DNA of 64,000 bases. Origin: Ignavibacterium sp. Lineage in GTDB: Bacteria; Bacteroidota; Ignavibacteria; UBA10030. Where the stretch lies: contig JABRVW010000042.1 in the NCBI GenBank assembly GCA_039961715.1, positions 1,025-65,024 on the forward strand, in the 5' to 3' direction. The notes below the pieces were generated by a model, which saw nothing but the letters and a program-made list of their open reading frames with translations, had not been told where the DNA came from and made no database searches. The translations under genes were made by a program, and so were the position numbers. Shown in pieces: positions 20,405 through 29,210 of the stretch. The stretch's first letter is position 1. Every line of letters starts with the position of its first letter.

Positions 20405-21313
20405 TTATGTGTTGTTTCCGGTGAACAGGGCCCGCAGGACATACCCCGCAATCTGAGGGTTCTCCTTCAGCCTTCGGACCGAATAGGCGTACCATTGATC
20501 TCCGTAGGGCACATACACGCGCAGGCGGTGGCCTGCCGAGACAATCGACGAGCGAAGCTGTTCCCGGACGCCCAGCAACATCTGGAATTCATATCGATTC
20601 CTGTCGGGTTTGTTTCTCTGGATGAGTTCGTACGCCTTGTCCACAAGGTATTCGTCGTGGGTTGCGATCCCCACGTAGCATCCGCTCTCGATCAGAACGC
20701 GCATGAGGAGCCCGAAGCTCCTGCGGATCTCGTCCCGGTCCTGATACGCGATATCGGGTGATTCGCGATAGATGCCCTTGCAAAGACGGACGTTTGCCTT
20801 CATCTTCACGAGTTCCCGGACGTCCGCGTCGCTCCGATGCAGATACGCCTGGATGACAACCCCGACGTTCTCGAATCCCTCGGCCCGCAGCCTGCGGTAC
20901 ATGGCCAGCGTTGCGGTCGTCATGGTGGAGTCCTCCATGTCGATCCGGACAAAATTTCCCCGTTCATGCGCGGCCTGGACGATACTGCGGAGAATCCCGT
21001 AACAAAAGTCCGGATCAATGCGGAATCCGAGCTGGGAGGGTTTCACCGAAATGTTGGAGTCGAGGCCATGGTTTTCAATCTCATCGAGAACCCGGACCCA
21101 TTCTGCACGGATCCCCTCCGCCTTGTCGCGATCATGCACATCTTCCCCCAGGATGTCGAGCGTCGCCATCATGCCCTGGGCATTGAGTTTTTGAACGGCG
21201 GCAACAGCGTCGGTCAGACGCGTCCCCGCAATGTAGCGGGAAGAGACTCTTCCAACAATGGGTTTCGGAATGAACGGAAGGGTTTTGGCAATGAAGGAAT
21301 TCAGGAGTTCCAC
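20405..21313 (-). CDS. Proline dehydrogenase (monofunctional)
   Basis: About 300 aa TIM-barrel PRODH pattern (ATLDILGE..., VRIDMEDS, VVIQAYL, RLCKGIY, EFQMLLGV). GTG start. Confidence 0.8.
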   Translation of the reverse strand: MELLNSFIAKTLPFIPKPIVGRVSSRYIAGTRLTDAVAAVQKLNAQGMMATLDILGEDVHDRDKAEGIRAEWVRVLDEIENHGLDSNISVKPSQLGFRIDPDFCYGILRSIVQAAHERGNFVRIDMEDSTMTTATLAMYRRLRAEGFENVGVVIQAYLHRSDADVRELVKMKANVRLCKGIYRESPDIAYQDRDEIRRSFGLLMRVLIESGCYVGIATHDEYLVDKAYELIQRNKPDRNRYEFQMLLGVREQLRSSIVSAGHRLRVYVPYGDQWYAYSVRRLKENPQIAGYVLRALFTGNNT

Positions 21314-21500
21314 GGGTCAGGCGGAATCGGTTAGCAATCAGGGTTGGAGGCAGAAGCAAGATTCACTTCGATATTCGCCCTTCAGCATCCGATATTCGAC
21401 ATCGCCTCCGGCTGTGGAGAAACCAATGTCCATTATCGGACGCCCGGGGTCGAAAAAGGTACCCACCCATCCCCGAAAATGCAAGGAAAACTGAGCTTCT

Positions 21501-21561
21501 GCGAAGTCCGACTTCCCCTTCCCCTTTGAAGTCCGACTTCCGGGGAGAAGTCGGACTTCGC
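21501..21561. repeat. Three copies of the 13-15 nt palindromic unit GAAGTCCGACTTC (two direct, one inverted)
   Basis: Copy A 21501-21515, copy B 21528-21540, inverted copy C 21547-21561. B and C form a 13-bp hairpin starting a few nt after the stop of the 21563-22906 gene. Confidence 0.9.
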
Positions 21562-21562
21562 T

Positions 21563-22906
21563 TTAGAAGCTTATGACAAACCCCACCTTCGGCTCAATGC
21601 GCTTTTGCGACTTGTACCCTACGACCATCCCCGCCTCGTTCTTTTCTTCCGTGAATGTCCAGATGTAGGTCGTCGCCACAAAGATGAACGGAAGCGGCTT
21701 GTAACCGAAATCAACGTAAAACAAGGAATTATTATCGACTTTGAAAAACTTTCCCACGTTCTTCTTGTCATATCCCGCTGCAAGAATGATTCCCGGAATG
21801 GCATCGCCGGCATCAAATTCGACATGCACGATCCCGGCGTTCTTGATGCCCACTGGCGATTGGTAGCCGCCCACAATGTTGAACGTGCCGAGAATGCTGA
21901 TCAACACCTCGCCATAGTATCCCTCTCCTCCTGTTACTGATTTGAGCAGTTGAGCTTTGCTCATGAACGCGGTGGTGTCAAACGGCACGTATCGCTCCCT
22001 CTCATAGAGCGCATCGAAGTAGGACGGGATGAACTGATCCCCCATCCATCGTCGCTCGTACTTTGCCCCGAGACCGACGACCCCCAACCCGGAGAAATAC
22101 AGATCGAGGCCGACAGCCAGGCCGTTGCCGTAGCCCGAGATCGAAGCATAATCCGTATAGAGGGTCGAGTTAATCATTGGAAGAGACAGCAAGGGGAACC
22201 CGATGTCGAAGCCGAAGATTCCCAGAGATCCACCATCCTGCGCCAGGACAAGGGGACGCGGGGCCGCGCCGATCGGCGCGGTCACGTCGGCGTTGTCATG
22301 AAAATCCGCTGCGTACGTGATCCCCGTTTCCATTCCGCCGAGTACCGGCACGTTGGCCAGCGACGTGAACTTCAGCGGCCTCGCATAGGCGCGGAGGCCG
22401 AACAACCCTGCCGCGCCGAAATCGCTGTAAACGCTCTCGAAGCCGAATTTCTCAAAGTCGAGGTCAAACTCCATGCCGAACTTCCGCTGATCATAGCTCG
22501 CACTGTTCCGGTAATTGTACACGATGGAACCATGACCCAGTCGCGCGTAATCCAGCGTGCCAACCCGCGCGTAGATCGGCTCCTTCTTCGTGCCGTACCG
22601 TACGTAACGGATAATCCTCAGATAATCGTATCCCTCGTCAAAATCCTCACTGCGGATCTTTCCGTCTCTTCCCACCCGGATGTTCACATCAAGTCCCACG
22701 CCGATCTTTCCGAACGACAGTTCGGGCATCAGATTGAACAGGTAGTACGGCTGGCCATCAATGAACGTCATGCCGAACCCGCCTGTAATCGTCTGTTGTT
22801 GTTTTGCCATCAGTGTCCGCCGCGGTGTGGTCTGAGCCGCGCCTTCCCAGGCCAGCAACGCCATACCAGCCGCGACGACAACCATCACACGACAAAAGCT
22901 CTTCAT
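21563..22906 (-). CDS. Hypothetical outer-membrane beta-barrel protein
   Basis: Signal peptide, alternating-hydrophobic strands rich in G/Y, and a C-terminal ...GFVISF aromatic terminus. Confidence 0.5.
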   Translation of the reverse strand: MKSFCRVMVVVAAGMALLAWEGAAQTTPRRTLMAKQQQTITGGFGMTFIDGQPYYLFNLMPELSFGKIGVGLDVNIRVGRDGKIRSEDFDEGYDYLRIIRYVRYGTKKEPIYARVGTLDYARLGHGSIVYNYRNSASYDQRKFGMEFDLDFEKFGFESVYSDFGAAGLFGLRAYARPLKFTSLANVPVLGGMETGITYAADFHDNADVTAPIGAAPRPLVLAQDGGSLGIFGFDIGFPLLSLPMINSTLYTDYASISGYGNGLAVGLDLYFSGLGVVGLGAKYERRWMGDQFIPSYFDALYERERYVPFDTTAFMSKAQLLKSVTGGEGYYGEVLISILGTFNIVGGYQSPVGIKNAGIVHVEFDAGDAIPGIILAAGYDKKNVGKFFKVDNNSLFYVDFGYKPLPFIFVATTYIWTFTEEKNEAGMVVGYKSQKRIEPKVGFVISF

Positions 22907-22927
22907 AAAGCCTCCTTGGTGGTTTCT

Positions 22928-23476
22928 TCAGATTCCGAACAACACCCGCGTGATCACAACCGCCGCAAGCAGGCCGACGACATCGGCAATAAGCCCCGCG
23001 GGCAGGGCATGGCGGGTATTCTTGATGTTCACGGCGCCAAAGTACACGGCGAGAACATAGAACGTCGTTTCCGTACTGCCATACATCGTCGAGGCAAGAA
23101 CTCCGATGAAGGAATCCGGCCCGTGAACTTTCATCAGCTCGGTCATGATCCCAAGCGACCCGCTCCCGGAGAGCGGCCGCATGAACGCCATCGGCAGAGC
23201 CTCGGCCGGCATGCCGATAAGATTCGTCAGCGGTGACACCAGCGACGAAAGCACATCCATCGCCCCGCTGGCCCGAAAGACGCCGATCGCCATCAGCATG
23301 GCCACCAGATAAGGAATGATCCGGACGGCCACATGGAATCCATCTTTAGCGCCTTCAACAAAGATCTCATACACCTTGACCTTCCTTACAGCTCCCCACC
23401 CCAGAAACAAAATCAAAATGAGGGGAATTGCCACAATCGATATGATCTCAATCACGGAACGGAAGAAATCACCCAT
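22928..23476 (-). CDS. Nucleoside-recognition (Gate) domain membrane protein, SpmB-like
   Basis: The sequence from the internal ATG (MGDFFRSVIEIISIVAIPLILILF...) matches SpmB-type proteins. There is an 8-nt overlap (ATGGGTGA) with the upstream SpmA-like gene. Confidence 0.72.
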   Translation of the reverse strand: MGDFFRSVIEIISIVAIPLILILFLGWGAVRKVKVYEIFVEGAKDGFHVAVRIIPYLVAMLMAIGVFRASGAMDVLSSLVSPLTNLIGMPAEALPMAFMRPLSGSGSLGIMTELMKVHGPDSFIGVLASTMYGSTETTFYVLAVYFGAVNIKNTRHALPAGLIADVVGLLAAVVITRVLFGI

Positions 23477-24449
23477 GAGATTGCTCCTTTCCCGCCACAT
23501 CCGGATCGACCTTGCGAAAGCGAGGAATTCGCTGAAGAACCTTGGCCGCCAGAATCCCTGCGACCGTCGCACATCCTGCGCCAAAGATCGACGTTCCGAT
23601 GATCACTCCGGGATTTACCGAGCCCGCCGCGGCCCGCACGGCAATGGCCGTCGCGGGAATGAGGACCAGGCCCGAGGTGTTGATGGCCAGAAACGTGCAC
23701 ATGGCGTTTGTCGCGGTCCCGGCTTTCGGATTGAGCTTGTTCAGCTCCTCCATTGCCTTGAGGCCAAACGGTGTGGCCGCATTGCTCAATCCCAGCATGT
23801 TGGCCGAAATGTTCATGATCATGGCACCCACAGCCGGGTGATCCGGAGGCACCTCGGGAAAGAGCCGCCTGGTGAGCGGCTCCAGGAGCTTTGTGAGCAG
23901 GCGAACTGCTCCTGCCTCCTCGGCGACCTTCATGACACCGAGCCATAATGCCATGATGCCGATCAGGCCGAGCGCAATTGTCACGGCGGTGGCGGCATAG
24001 TCCAGCGCCGCCTTGGTCACGGCGCGAAGTTTCACAAATCGAACCGGCTCGAGAACAAAGGTGATGGTCCCGTTCTTCGCGTTGAGCGTGGCCACTGTGC
24101 CGCTCAGTCGGTCCGCATTCTGTCCCCGGGCGGCCCTCGTTTTCCAGATTTCCGGCATCTCCACGGTGACGGGCACGAAGATGGTGCCTCCCTGCCCGCC
24201 GGCGACCTTTACTCTCGCGCGAACATCCCGCTCCGCGCCGGCCCCATACACCTTATTGAAAACTGCGGCGGGGATGACGAGCGTTCCCTCCCAGCTCTTC
24301 ATCTCCAGCGCACCTTCCTCCAATCCCTCCAGAAGCCCCTGAATCAGCACACCGTTTGCGTATGGATTTGTGATCTCGTCACGAACATCGTTTCCGACGG
24401 CAACAAGAATGCCAAGTGCAATGAGAGCAATCCAGACGTGGTTTAACAT
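23469..24449 (-). CDS. Nucleoside-recognition (Gate) domain membrane protein, SpmA-like, with about 130-aa extra soluble insert
   Basis: The sequence runs MLNHVWIALIALGILVA, then the insert, then ALDYAATAVTIALGLIGIMALWLGVMKVAEEAG ... NMLGLSNAATPFGLKAM. Start taken at the internal ATG 24449. Confidence 0.68.
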   Translation of the reverse strand: MLNHVWIALIALGILVAVGNDVRDEITNPYANGVLIQGLLEGLEEGALEMKSWEGTLVIPAAVFNKVYGAGAERDVRARVKVAGGQGGTIFVPVTVEMPEIWKTRAARGQNADRLSGTVATLNAKNGTITFVLEPVRFVKLRAVTKAALDYAATAVTIALGLIGIMALWLGVMKVAEEAGAVRLLTKLLEPLTRRLFPEVPPDHPAVGAMIMNISANMLGLSNAATPFGLKAMEELNKLNPKAGTATNAMCTFLAINTSGLVLIPATAIAVRAAAGSVNPGVIIGTSIFGAGCATVAGILAAKVLQRIPRFRKVDPDVAGKEQSHG

Positions 24450-24456
24450 GTCATCC

Positions 24457-25953
24457 CTACCCTGCGATTTGAACGAGAGCCATGGCCGCTGCTCCCGTTC
24501 CCGCGCATATCCAGTTGACCATATCATTCTTCATCCATTTCCACCCCCTTTCAAGGACCGCCGGACGGTGGCAATGGAGTTGCTTCCCTGTAACGGCATT
24601 GCAGAGAGAACATCTGTATTGCGCCTGAACAGTGGAGCCCAGGAGACTATCAACAAGCGTCCCCGCCATGCCGGCAAGGAGGACCCATCCCACCGTCTCC
24701 CCCCGAATCCAGGTCACAGAGCTCATGGCAATCACCAGGCTGCCAGTCAACCCCGCACCCAATCCCGCCAACGAGACTCCGCCGTTCGTCCCCGGTGACA
24801 CCGGTTTGAAGCCGGGAAGCTGAACGGTTTTCCGGTTGCCCAACACTCCCACCTCGGTTCCCCATGTATCAGCGGTGACCGCTGCGAGCGCTCCTACGTA
24901 AAGAGGATACGAATTCCATTCAGGAAACCAGTACCAGGCAAGGACCAGAAGTCCCGCAAGTCCACCGTTGGCAAACACTTGGGTATATTCGCGGGCCCCG
25001 GTCTTCTCCAGCGTGTCCGCCATTCGGCTTTTCCGATCTGCCCCCATCCGCGACAAGAGACTCGAAAGAATGAAGAAGGCCAGCAGAGGAACGGCAAACG
25101 GCCAGCCCCCCAGTCCGAACACAATCGTGCCCACCAGGAATGCTGCAACAGCCCCGCTCGCTGTGAGCAGAGCTGTGTGGTGCGAAGCAACGGCAACACC
25201 AATCGCAAGGGCCGCTCCAACGGTGAGTTGTTGAATGTCCGTCCTGGGATTCGGGAGGAGATAAAAGGAGAGGATCATTGCAACCGAAAGAGGCACCGTG
25301 AGATTGTCCAGGCCACGCGAGGAGAGGGCCTCCCAGCCTGTCGCCGTGGCCGCGGCAATCCCTGCACACGCCAGAATAAAATCAATCCGAACGTCCTCCG
25401 GCTTCAAGGCCTGCAGAAGGCCTGTGAACAAAATGAGAAAGCTGACCAGAAACATCGCCATCGAGCCTTCAAGGGATTTCCGGTCGGAGGTCAAACTGTA
25501 CCAAGTGGGATTCCTCTGATACTCTCCAACGACAGCCGCTGCGCTGTCCCTCAGAGTCATCACCAGCATCGAGAGAAGGATGATCGCAGGCTCACGGTGC
25601 CAGAAGAGAACCACAACAAGAAGAAAGGACACGGGATACCATACTGTACCGTACGAAGACCTGGCGGTTCCATGCATTCCTTTCAGCCTTCCGGTTCTGA
25701 GGGCCGCGATGTTCAGGACGGTAAAGAGCGCACCGAGGACAAGAAGAGGAAGCGGACGGGAAAAGAGTCCGAGGGTGGAAACGAGGAGGAGACCAACGGC
25801 AACGTGGAGGAACTTGCGGGGAAATTCGGGCGAAAGGGCAAATGCTTTCCGGATCAATTCGCTCACGCCGATGAGGCTGGCGATCCCTGCCGCGATTCCT
25901 CCGGCAATCCACCACTCGGCATCAGGAGGCTGCTTCCAGAGTTCCGCCCACAT
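24457..25953 (-). CDS. Fusion membrane protein: CTP-dependent polyprenol (phytol/dolichol) kinase-like N-terminal half + DUF92 (COG1836, TMEM19/VTE6-like) C-terminal half
   Basis: The N-terminal half has RKFLHVAVG... and ...KSLEGSMAMFLVSF (COG0170-like). The C-terminal half has ...REYTQVFANGGLAG..., TADTWGTEVG and GTNGGVSLAGLGAG, typical of DUF92. Confidence 0.65.
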   Translation of the reverse strand: MWAELWKQPPDAEWWIAGGIAAGIASLIGVSELIRKAFALSPEFPRKFLHVAVGLLLVSTLGLFSRPLPLLVLGALFTVLNIAALRTGRLKGMHGTARSSYGTVWYPVSFLLVVVLFWHREPAIILLSMLVMTLRDSAAAVVGEYQRNPTWYSLTSDRKSLEGSMAMFLVSFLILFTGLLQALKPEDVRIDFILACAGIAAATATGWEALSSRGLDNLTVPLSVAMILSFYLLPNPRTDIQQLTVGAALAIGVAVASHHTALLTASGAVAAFLVGTIVFGLGGWPFAVPLLAFFILSSLLSRMGADRKSRMADTLEKTGAREYTQVFANGGLAGLLVLAWYWFPEWNSYPLYVGALAAVTADTWGTEVGVLGNRKTVQLPGFKPVSPGTNGGVSLAGLGAGLTGSLVIAMSSVTWIRGETVGWVLLAGMAGTLVDSLLGSTVQAQYRCSLCNAVTGKQLHCHRPAVLERGWKWMKNDMVNWICAGTGAAAMALVQIAG

Positions 25954-25955
25954 CG

Positions 25956-26987
25956 TTAATCCTCCCGTCCCGCAGGTTCAGGCTCCACCACTCCACGAAC
26001 AAGGGCATAGATCATCATATCGAGAACAATGGCGGGATCCCGGGACGTGCTCTTCAGGGTTGCATCGGCTTCGAGTAGAGCGCGGTACCCGTTCTCGATC
26101 TGCTCCCGGCCAAATCCCCGCTGAAACTCCACAAGTTGGCGGAGGAAAAACGGATGAACGCCAACTTCGCGGGCAATTTCGGCATCCGGTACCCGGCCGG
26201 CCTTCAATTCCCCGAGCTTCCAGAGTTGATTGAGGAACCGGGTAAGCATGATGATGATCAGTTGAGGGCTCTGACCGGCCTGCAACATCGCGTGGAGAAT
26301 CGTCAGGGCTTCTCGCAGGTCCTTTCGGCCCACAGCATTCTGCAGTTCGAAGACCGTATATCCCTTCGACGCACCCACGACCTGAGCCACATCGTCGCCG
26401 GTGATCTCCTGCTTCTGTCCGACAAAGATGAACAACTTGTCGATTTCATTCTGCAGCGCGCGCAGGGAATTCCCGACGTACGCCTGCAGCATGCGGCAGG
26501 CATCCGGGTCGGCATGTTTGCCCATCGATTCGATCCTCCGGACAATCCAGTCGGGGACCTTGTTGTCATACAGTGGCTTGCACTCCACCATGGTCGCCTG
26601 TTTCTTAAGGTCAGTGAAGGGCTTCTTCCGCAAGTCGGGATGAAGCGAAACAGCGACGAAACAAGTTGACTCAAGGGGATCCTTCAGGTACGCGGCAAGT
26701 TGTTCGCGGGCGGAATCCGAAGCCGCAAGTCGTTCGAATTCCTTCACCACGACAACTCTCCGGGGGGACATCATGGGGAACGCGGACGTCAGAGCGATCA
26801 CTTCCCTGACGTCGGTCTTGCTTCCGTACACGACATCGAGGTTGAACCCACGCGTGCCCTCATCAAGCGCATGGTTCAGAATGGCCTGCAGGCACTCGTC
26901 GATCAGAAAGTCCTCTTCGCCGTAGAGCAATATCAGGGGAGGAACAGGCGATCGGCCAAGAGAGTCCTGAAATTCCTGCGCGGTCAT
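25956..26987 (-). CDS. holA: DNA polymerase III subunit delta
   Basis: 343 aa with ..PPLILLYGEEDFLIDE... at the N-terminus and the usual helical C-terminal domains. ATGA overlap with the upstream small ORF. Confidence 0.75.
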   Translation of the reverse strand: MTAQEFQDSLGRSPVPPLILLYGEEDFLIDECLQAILNHALDEGTRGFNLDVVYGSKTDVREVIALTSAFPMMSPRRVVVVKEFERLAASDSAREQLAAYLKDPLESTCFVAVSLHPDLRKKPFTDLKKQATMVECKPLYDNKVPDWIVRRIESMGKHADPDACRMLQAYVGNSLRALQNEIDKLFIFVGQKQEITGDDVAQVVGASKGYTVFELQNAVGRKDLREALTILHAMLQAGQSPQLIIIMLTRFLNQLWKLGELKAGRVPDAEIAREVGVHPFFLRQLVEFQRGFGREQIENGYRALLEADATLKSTSRDPAIVLDMMIYALVRGVVEPEPAGRED

Positions 26988-27097
26988 TGCACGCTCTTGT
27001 CTCGTTCCTTGCGCAATGCGGTCACCAGAACCATGAGAAAGCCCCCCCAGACAATGCCGATGGTCAGTACCATGGTGATCACCGTGACTATGCTCAT
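26984..27097 (-). CDS. MetS-like small subunit of the sodium-dependent transporter (37 aa, single TM)
   Basis: MSIVTVITMVLTIGIVWGGFLMVLVTALRKERDKSVQ. The ATGA overlap with the NSS gene stop matches the known arrangement of small subunits after NSS genes. Confidence 0.6.
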   Translation of the reverse strand: MSIVTVITMVLTIGIVWGGFLMVLVTALRKERDKSVQ

Positions 27098-28578
27098 GAT
27101 ACCTCCGGCCCGAACGTACGGCGAATAATGAACCTGTTCATGGCGATGAAGATCAGCATCATCACACCCCACTGAAGCAGACATGTCCCGACGCTGTACG
27201 TGTGGAAGGGATTCCACCACCCTTCGGTGTCAAACTGCGTGATGGCTACAAAGAACCACCAGCCGATGAGGACCACAACCTGGACAGGGATGAGCCAGGA
27301 AATGATGACATTGTATCCGCGGCCCACCTTGATATCCGTTCCCTCGGCGTTCACGGCTTCTCTCCGAAAGCGGTCTGCCCCGTGTTTGATCACGGCAAAT
27401 GAGATGAACCCCCCGCTGATCATCAATCCTACACCCCAGACCCAGTCCTGATTATCGAGGAACGTCAGGCTCAGCGCCGACGGGACTCCAAAAAGAAGGG
27501 CCAGGACGATCGTGAGAGCCAGTGCACGGTTGCGCGAAAGCCCCATATCGGAAAAAACGCGTACTGCAAGCTCGATCATGGACACCAGCGATGTCAGCGC
27601 GGCAAAGGTCAGGCCGAGAAAGAAAAGCGTGGAAAAGAACGTTTGGAGGCCTGGTCCGCCGGGCATTTTGGTAAAGAGCTGGGGGATAAAGATGAACGCA
27701 AGCCCGGTGTTGGTGCTTCCGCGACCGGAGATAAGCTCGGTGATTCCCTCGCCTGGAGCCAGGGCAAAAACCGTGGCAAAGATCGTGATGCCGGCGAGGA
27801 GGGAAACGGAGTTGTTGCCGAATCCGGTGAGCGCCGCGTTCAGAGTGATGTCCTCCTTCTGTCTCGCGTAGCACGCGTAGGTCAGGATCAATCCCCACCC
27901 CGCGCCCGTGTCCCAGGCATTTTGCGTAAGAGCGGCAAGCCACACCTTGTAGTCCAGCAGTGTTTCGAGGCTTGGGGTGAAGAGGTAGGCAATGCCGTCC
28001 ATTGCCCCAGGCAGGGTAACCGCACGAATGGCAAGCGTGACCAGGATCAGAAGCAAGGACGGAATCAGGATCCTGTTCATTCGCTCAATGCCACGAACCA
28101 CGCCCTTGAAAATCACAAATGCACCGAGGCCAACGGCAAGGATGTGGAAGTACACTGGTTCGTACCCCGACGTGAACGATTCCCAAAGAGCAATATGGTC
28201 CTCTGTCGTGATGAGCGTTCCCGTGAGGGCCGTGGTGAGGTACTTGATGCACCAGCCGGCGACAACGGCGTAGTAGAACATGATCGCCGTGGAGACAAAG
28301 CCCACGAAGGCTCCCATCCATCCGAACTTCTCGCCCGCCAGGGCGGCGATGCCCCCAATGGTGCCTTTCCGCGTCGACTTTCCGATCGCAAACTCCGCGA
28401 TGATGAGCGGGATGGACCAAATGAACAGAAAGATGACCCAAGGGATCAGAAATGACCCTCCCCCGTTCTGGGCGACGATGCGGGAGAATCTCCAGATGTT
28501 GCCGGTACCGACCGCAATCCCGATGACGGAAAGAATCATTCCCCAACGCGAGGTAAAGAACTCCTTCTTTTCTGGCAT
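27094..28578 (-). CDS. Sodium-dependent (NSS/SNF family) transporter
   Basis: WGMILSVIGIAVGTGNIWRFSRIVAQNGGGSFLIPW is the hallmark NSS TM1 region. About 12 TM helices. Confidence 0.9.
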   Translation of the reverse strand: MPEKKEFFTSRWGMILSVIGIAVGTGNIWRFSRIVAQNGGGSFLIPWVIFLFIWSIPLIIAEFAIGKSTRKGTIGGIAALAGEKFGWMGAFVGFVSTAIMFYYAVVAGWCIKYLTTALTGTLITTEDHIALWESFTSGYEPVYFHILAVGLGAFVIFKGVVRGIERMNRILIPSLLLILVTLAIRAVTLPGAMDGIAYLFTPSLETLLDYKVWLAALTQNAWDTGAGWGLILTYACYARQKEDITLNAALTGFGNNSVSLLAGITIFATVFALAPGEGITELISGRGSTNTGLAFIFIPQLFTKMPGGPGLQTFFSTLFFLGLTFAALTSLVSMIELAVRVFSDMGLSRNRALALTIVLALLFGVPSALSLTFLDNQDWVWGVGLMISGGFISFAVIKHGADRFRREAVNAEGTDIKVGRGYNVIISWLIPVQVVVLIGWWFFVAITQFDTEGWWNPFHTYSVGTCLLQWGVMMLIFIAMNRFIIRRTFGPEVS

Positions 28579-28603
28579 GGGCAGATCTCCGAAGGAGCGG
28601 TTG

Positions 28604-29194
28604 TTATTTGCGCACGATCGTGACGTTCTCGATCGTCACGGGTTCCACGGGCCGGTCGAACGGTTTCGACGTTTTGACCTTTCCGATCGCCCTGACCACT
28701 TCCATGCCCGCGACGACCTTCCCGAAAACAGTATGCTTCCCGTCGAGCCAGGGCGTCTTCACGAGCGTGATGAAAAACTGGCTCGCATTCGTGTTCGGAC
28801 CCGCGTTCGCCATCGAAAGAATTCCGGGTCCCGAATGCCGAAGGGTATCCACGATTTCATCTTCAAAGGGAGCCCCATAGATACTTTCCCCACCCCTTCC
28901 GGTCCCGGTCGGATCACCGCCCTGGATCATGAAGTTGTCGATCACGCGGTGGAAGGTCACGCCATTGAAGTAGTTCTTCCCGGCAAGGCCGATGAAATTG
29001 GCCACCGTTTTCGGAGTCGCTTTTTCAAAGAGCTCGATCTCCACTGTTCCCATCGAAGTCTTCATCACTGCGTACACGTTTTGGGCTTTTTCCATCTTCT
29101 TTTCCTTCTTTGACAACGCCGGTTTGTCCTTTGCCTCATCCTGAGCGAAGAGCAAAGCCGGAAGTATGAGCACCATGACTGCGCATCGAAGCAT
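28604..29194 (-). CDS. Cyclophilin-type peptidyl-prolyl cis-trans isomerase, secreted
   Basis: [32 protein letters not shown] and HTVFGKV. The start at 29194 has GGAGG 8 nt upstream, and a signal peptide follows. Confidence 0.9.
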   Translation of the reverse strand: MLRCAVMVLILPALLFAQDEAKDKPALSKKEKKMEKAQNVYAVMKTSMGTVEIELFEKATPKTVANFIGLAGKNYFNGVTFHRVIDNFMIQGGDPTGTGRGGESIYGAPFEDEIVDTLRHSGPGILSMANAGPNTNASQFFITLVKTPWLDGKHTVFGKVVAGMEVVRAIGKVKTSKPFDRPVEPVTIENVTIVRK

Positions 29195-29210
29195 AGATGG
29201 AACCTCCATG

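Noticed and set aside
21344-21529. 61-aa and 78-aa ORFs in the 249-bp spacer upstream of the proline dehydrogenase gene
   Set aside because: They have no RBS, are on the opposite strand to all neighbours, and run through the palindromic repeats. The region is better explained as promoter/operator plus terminator DNA.
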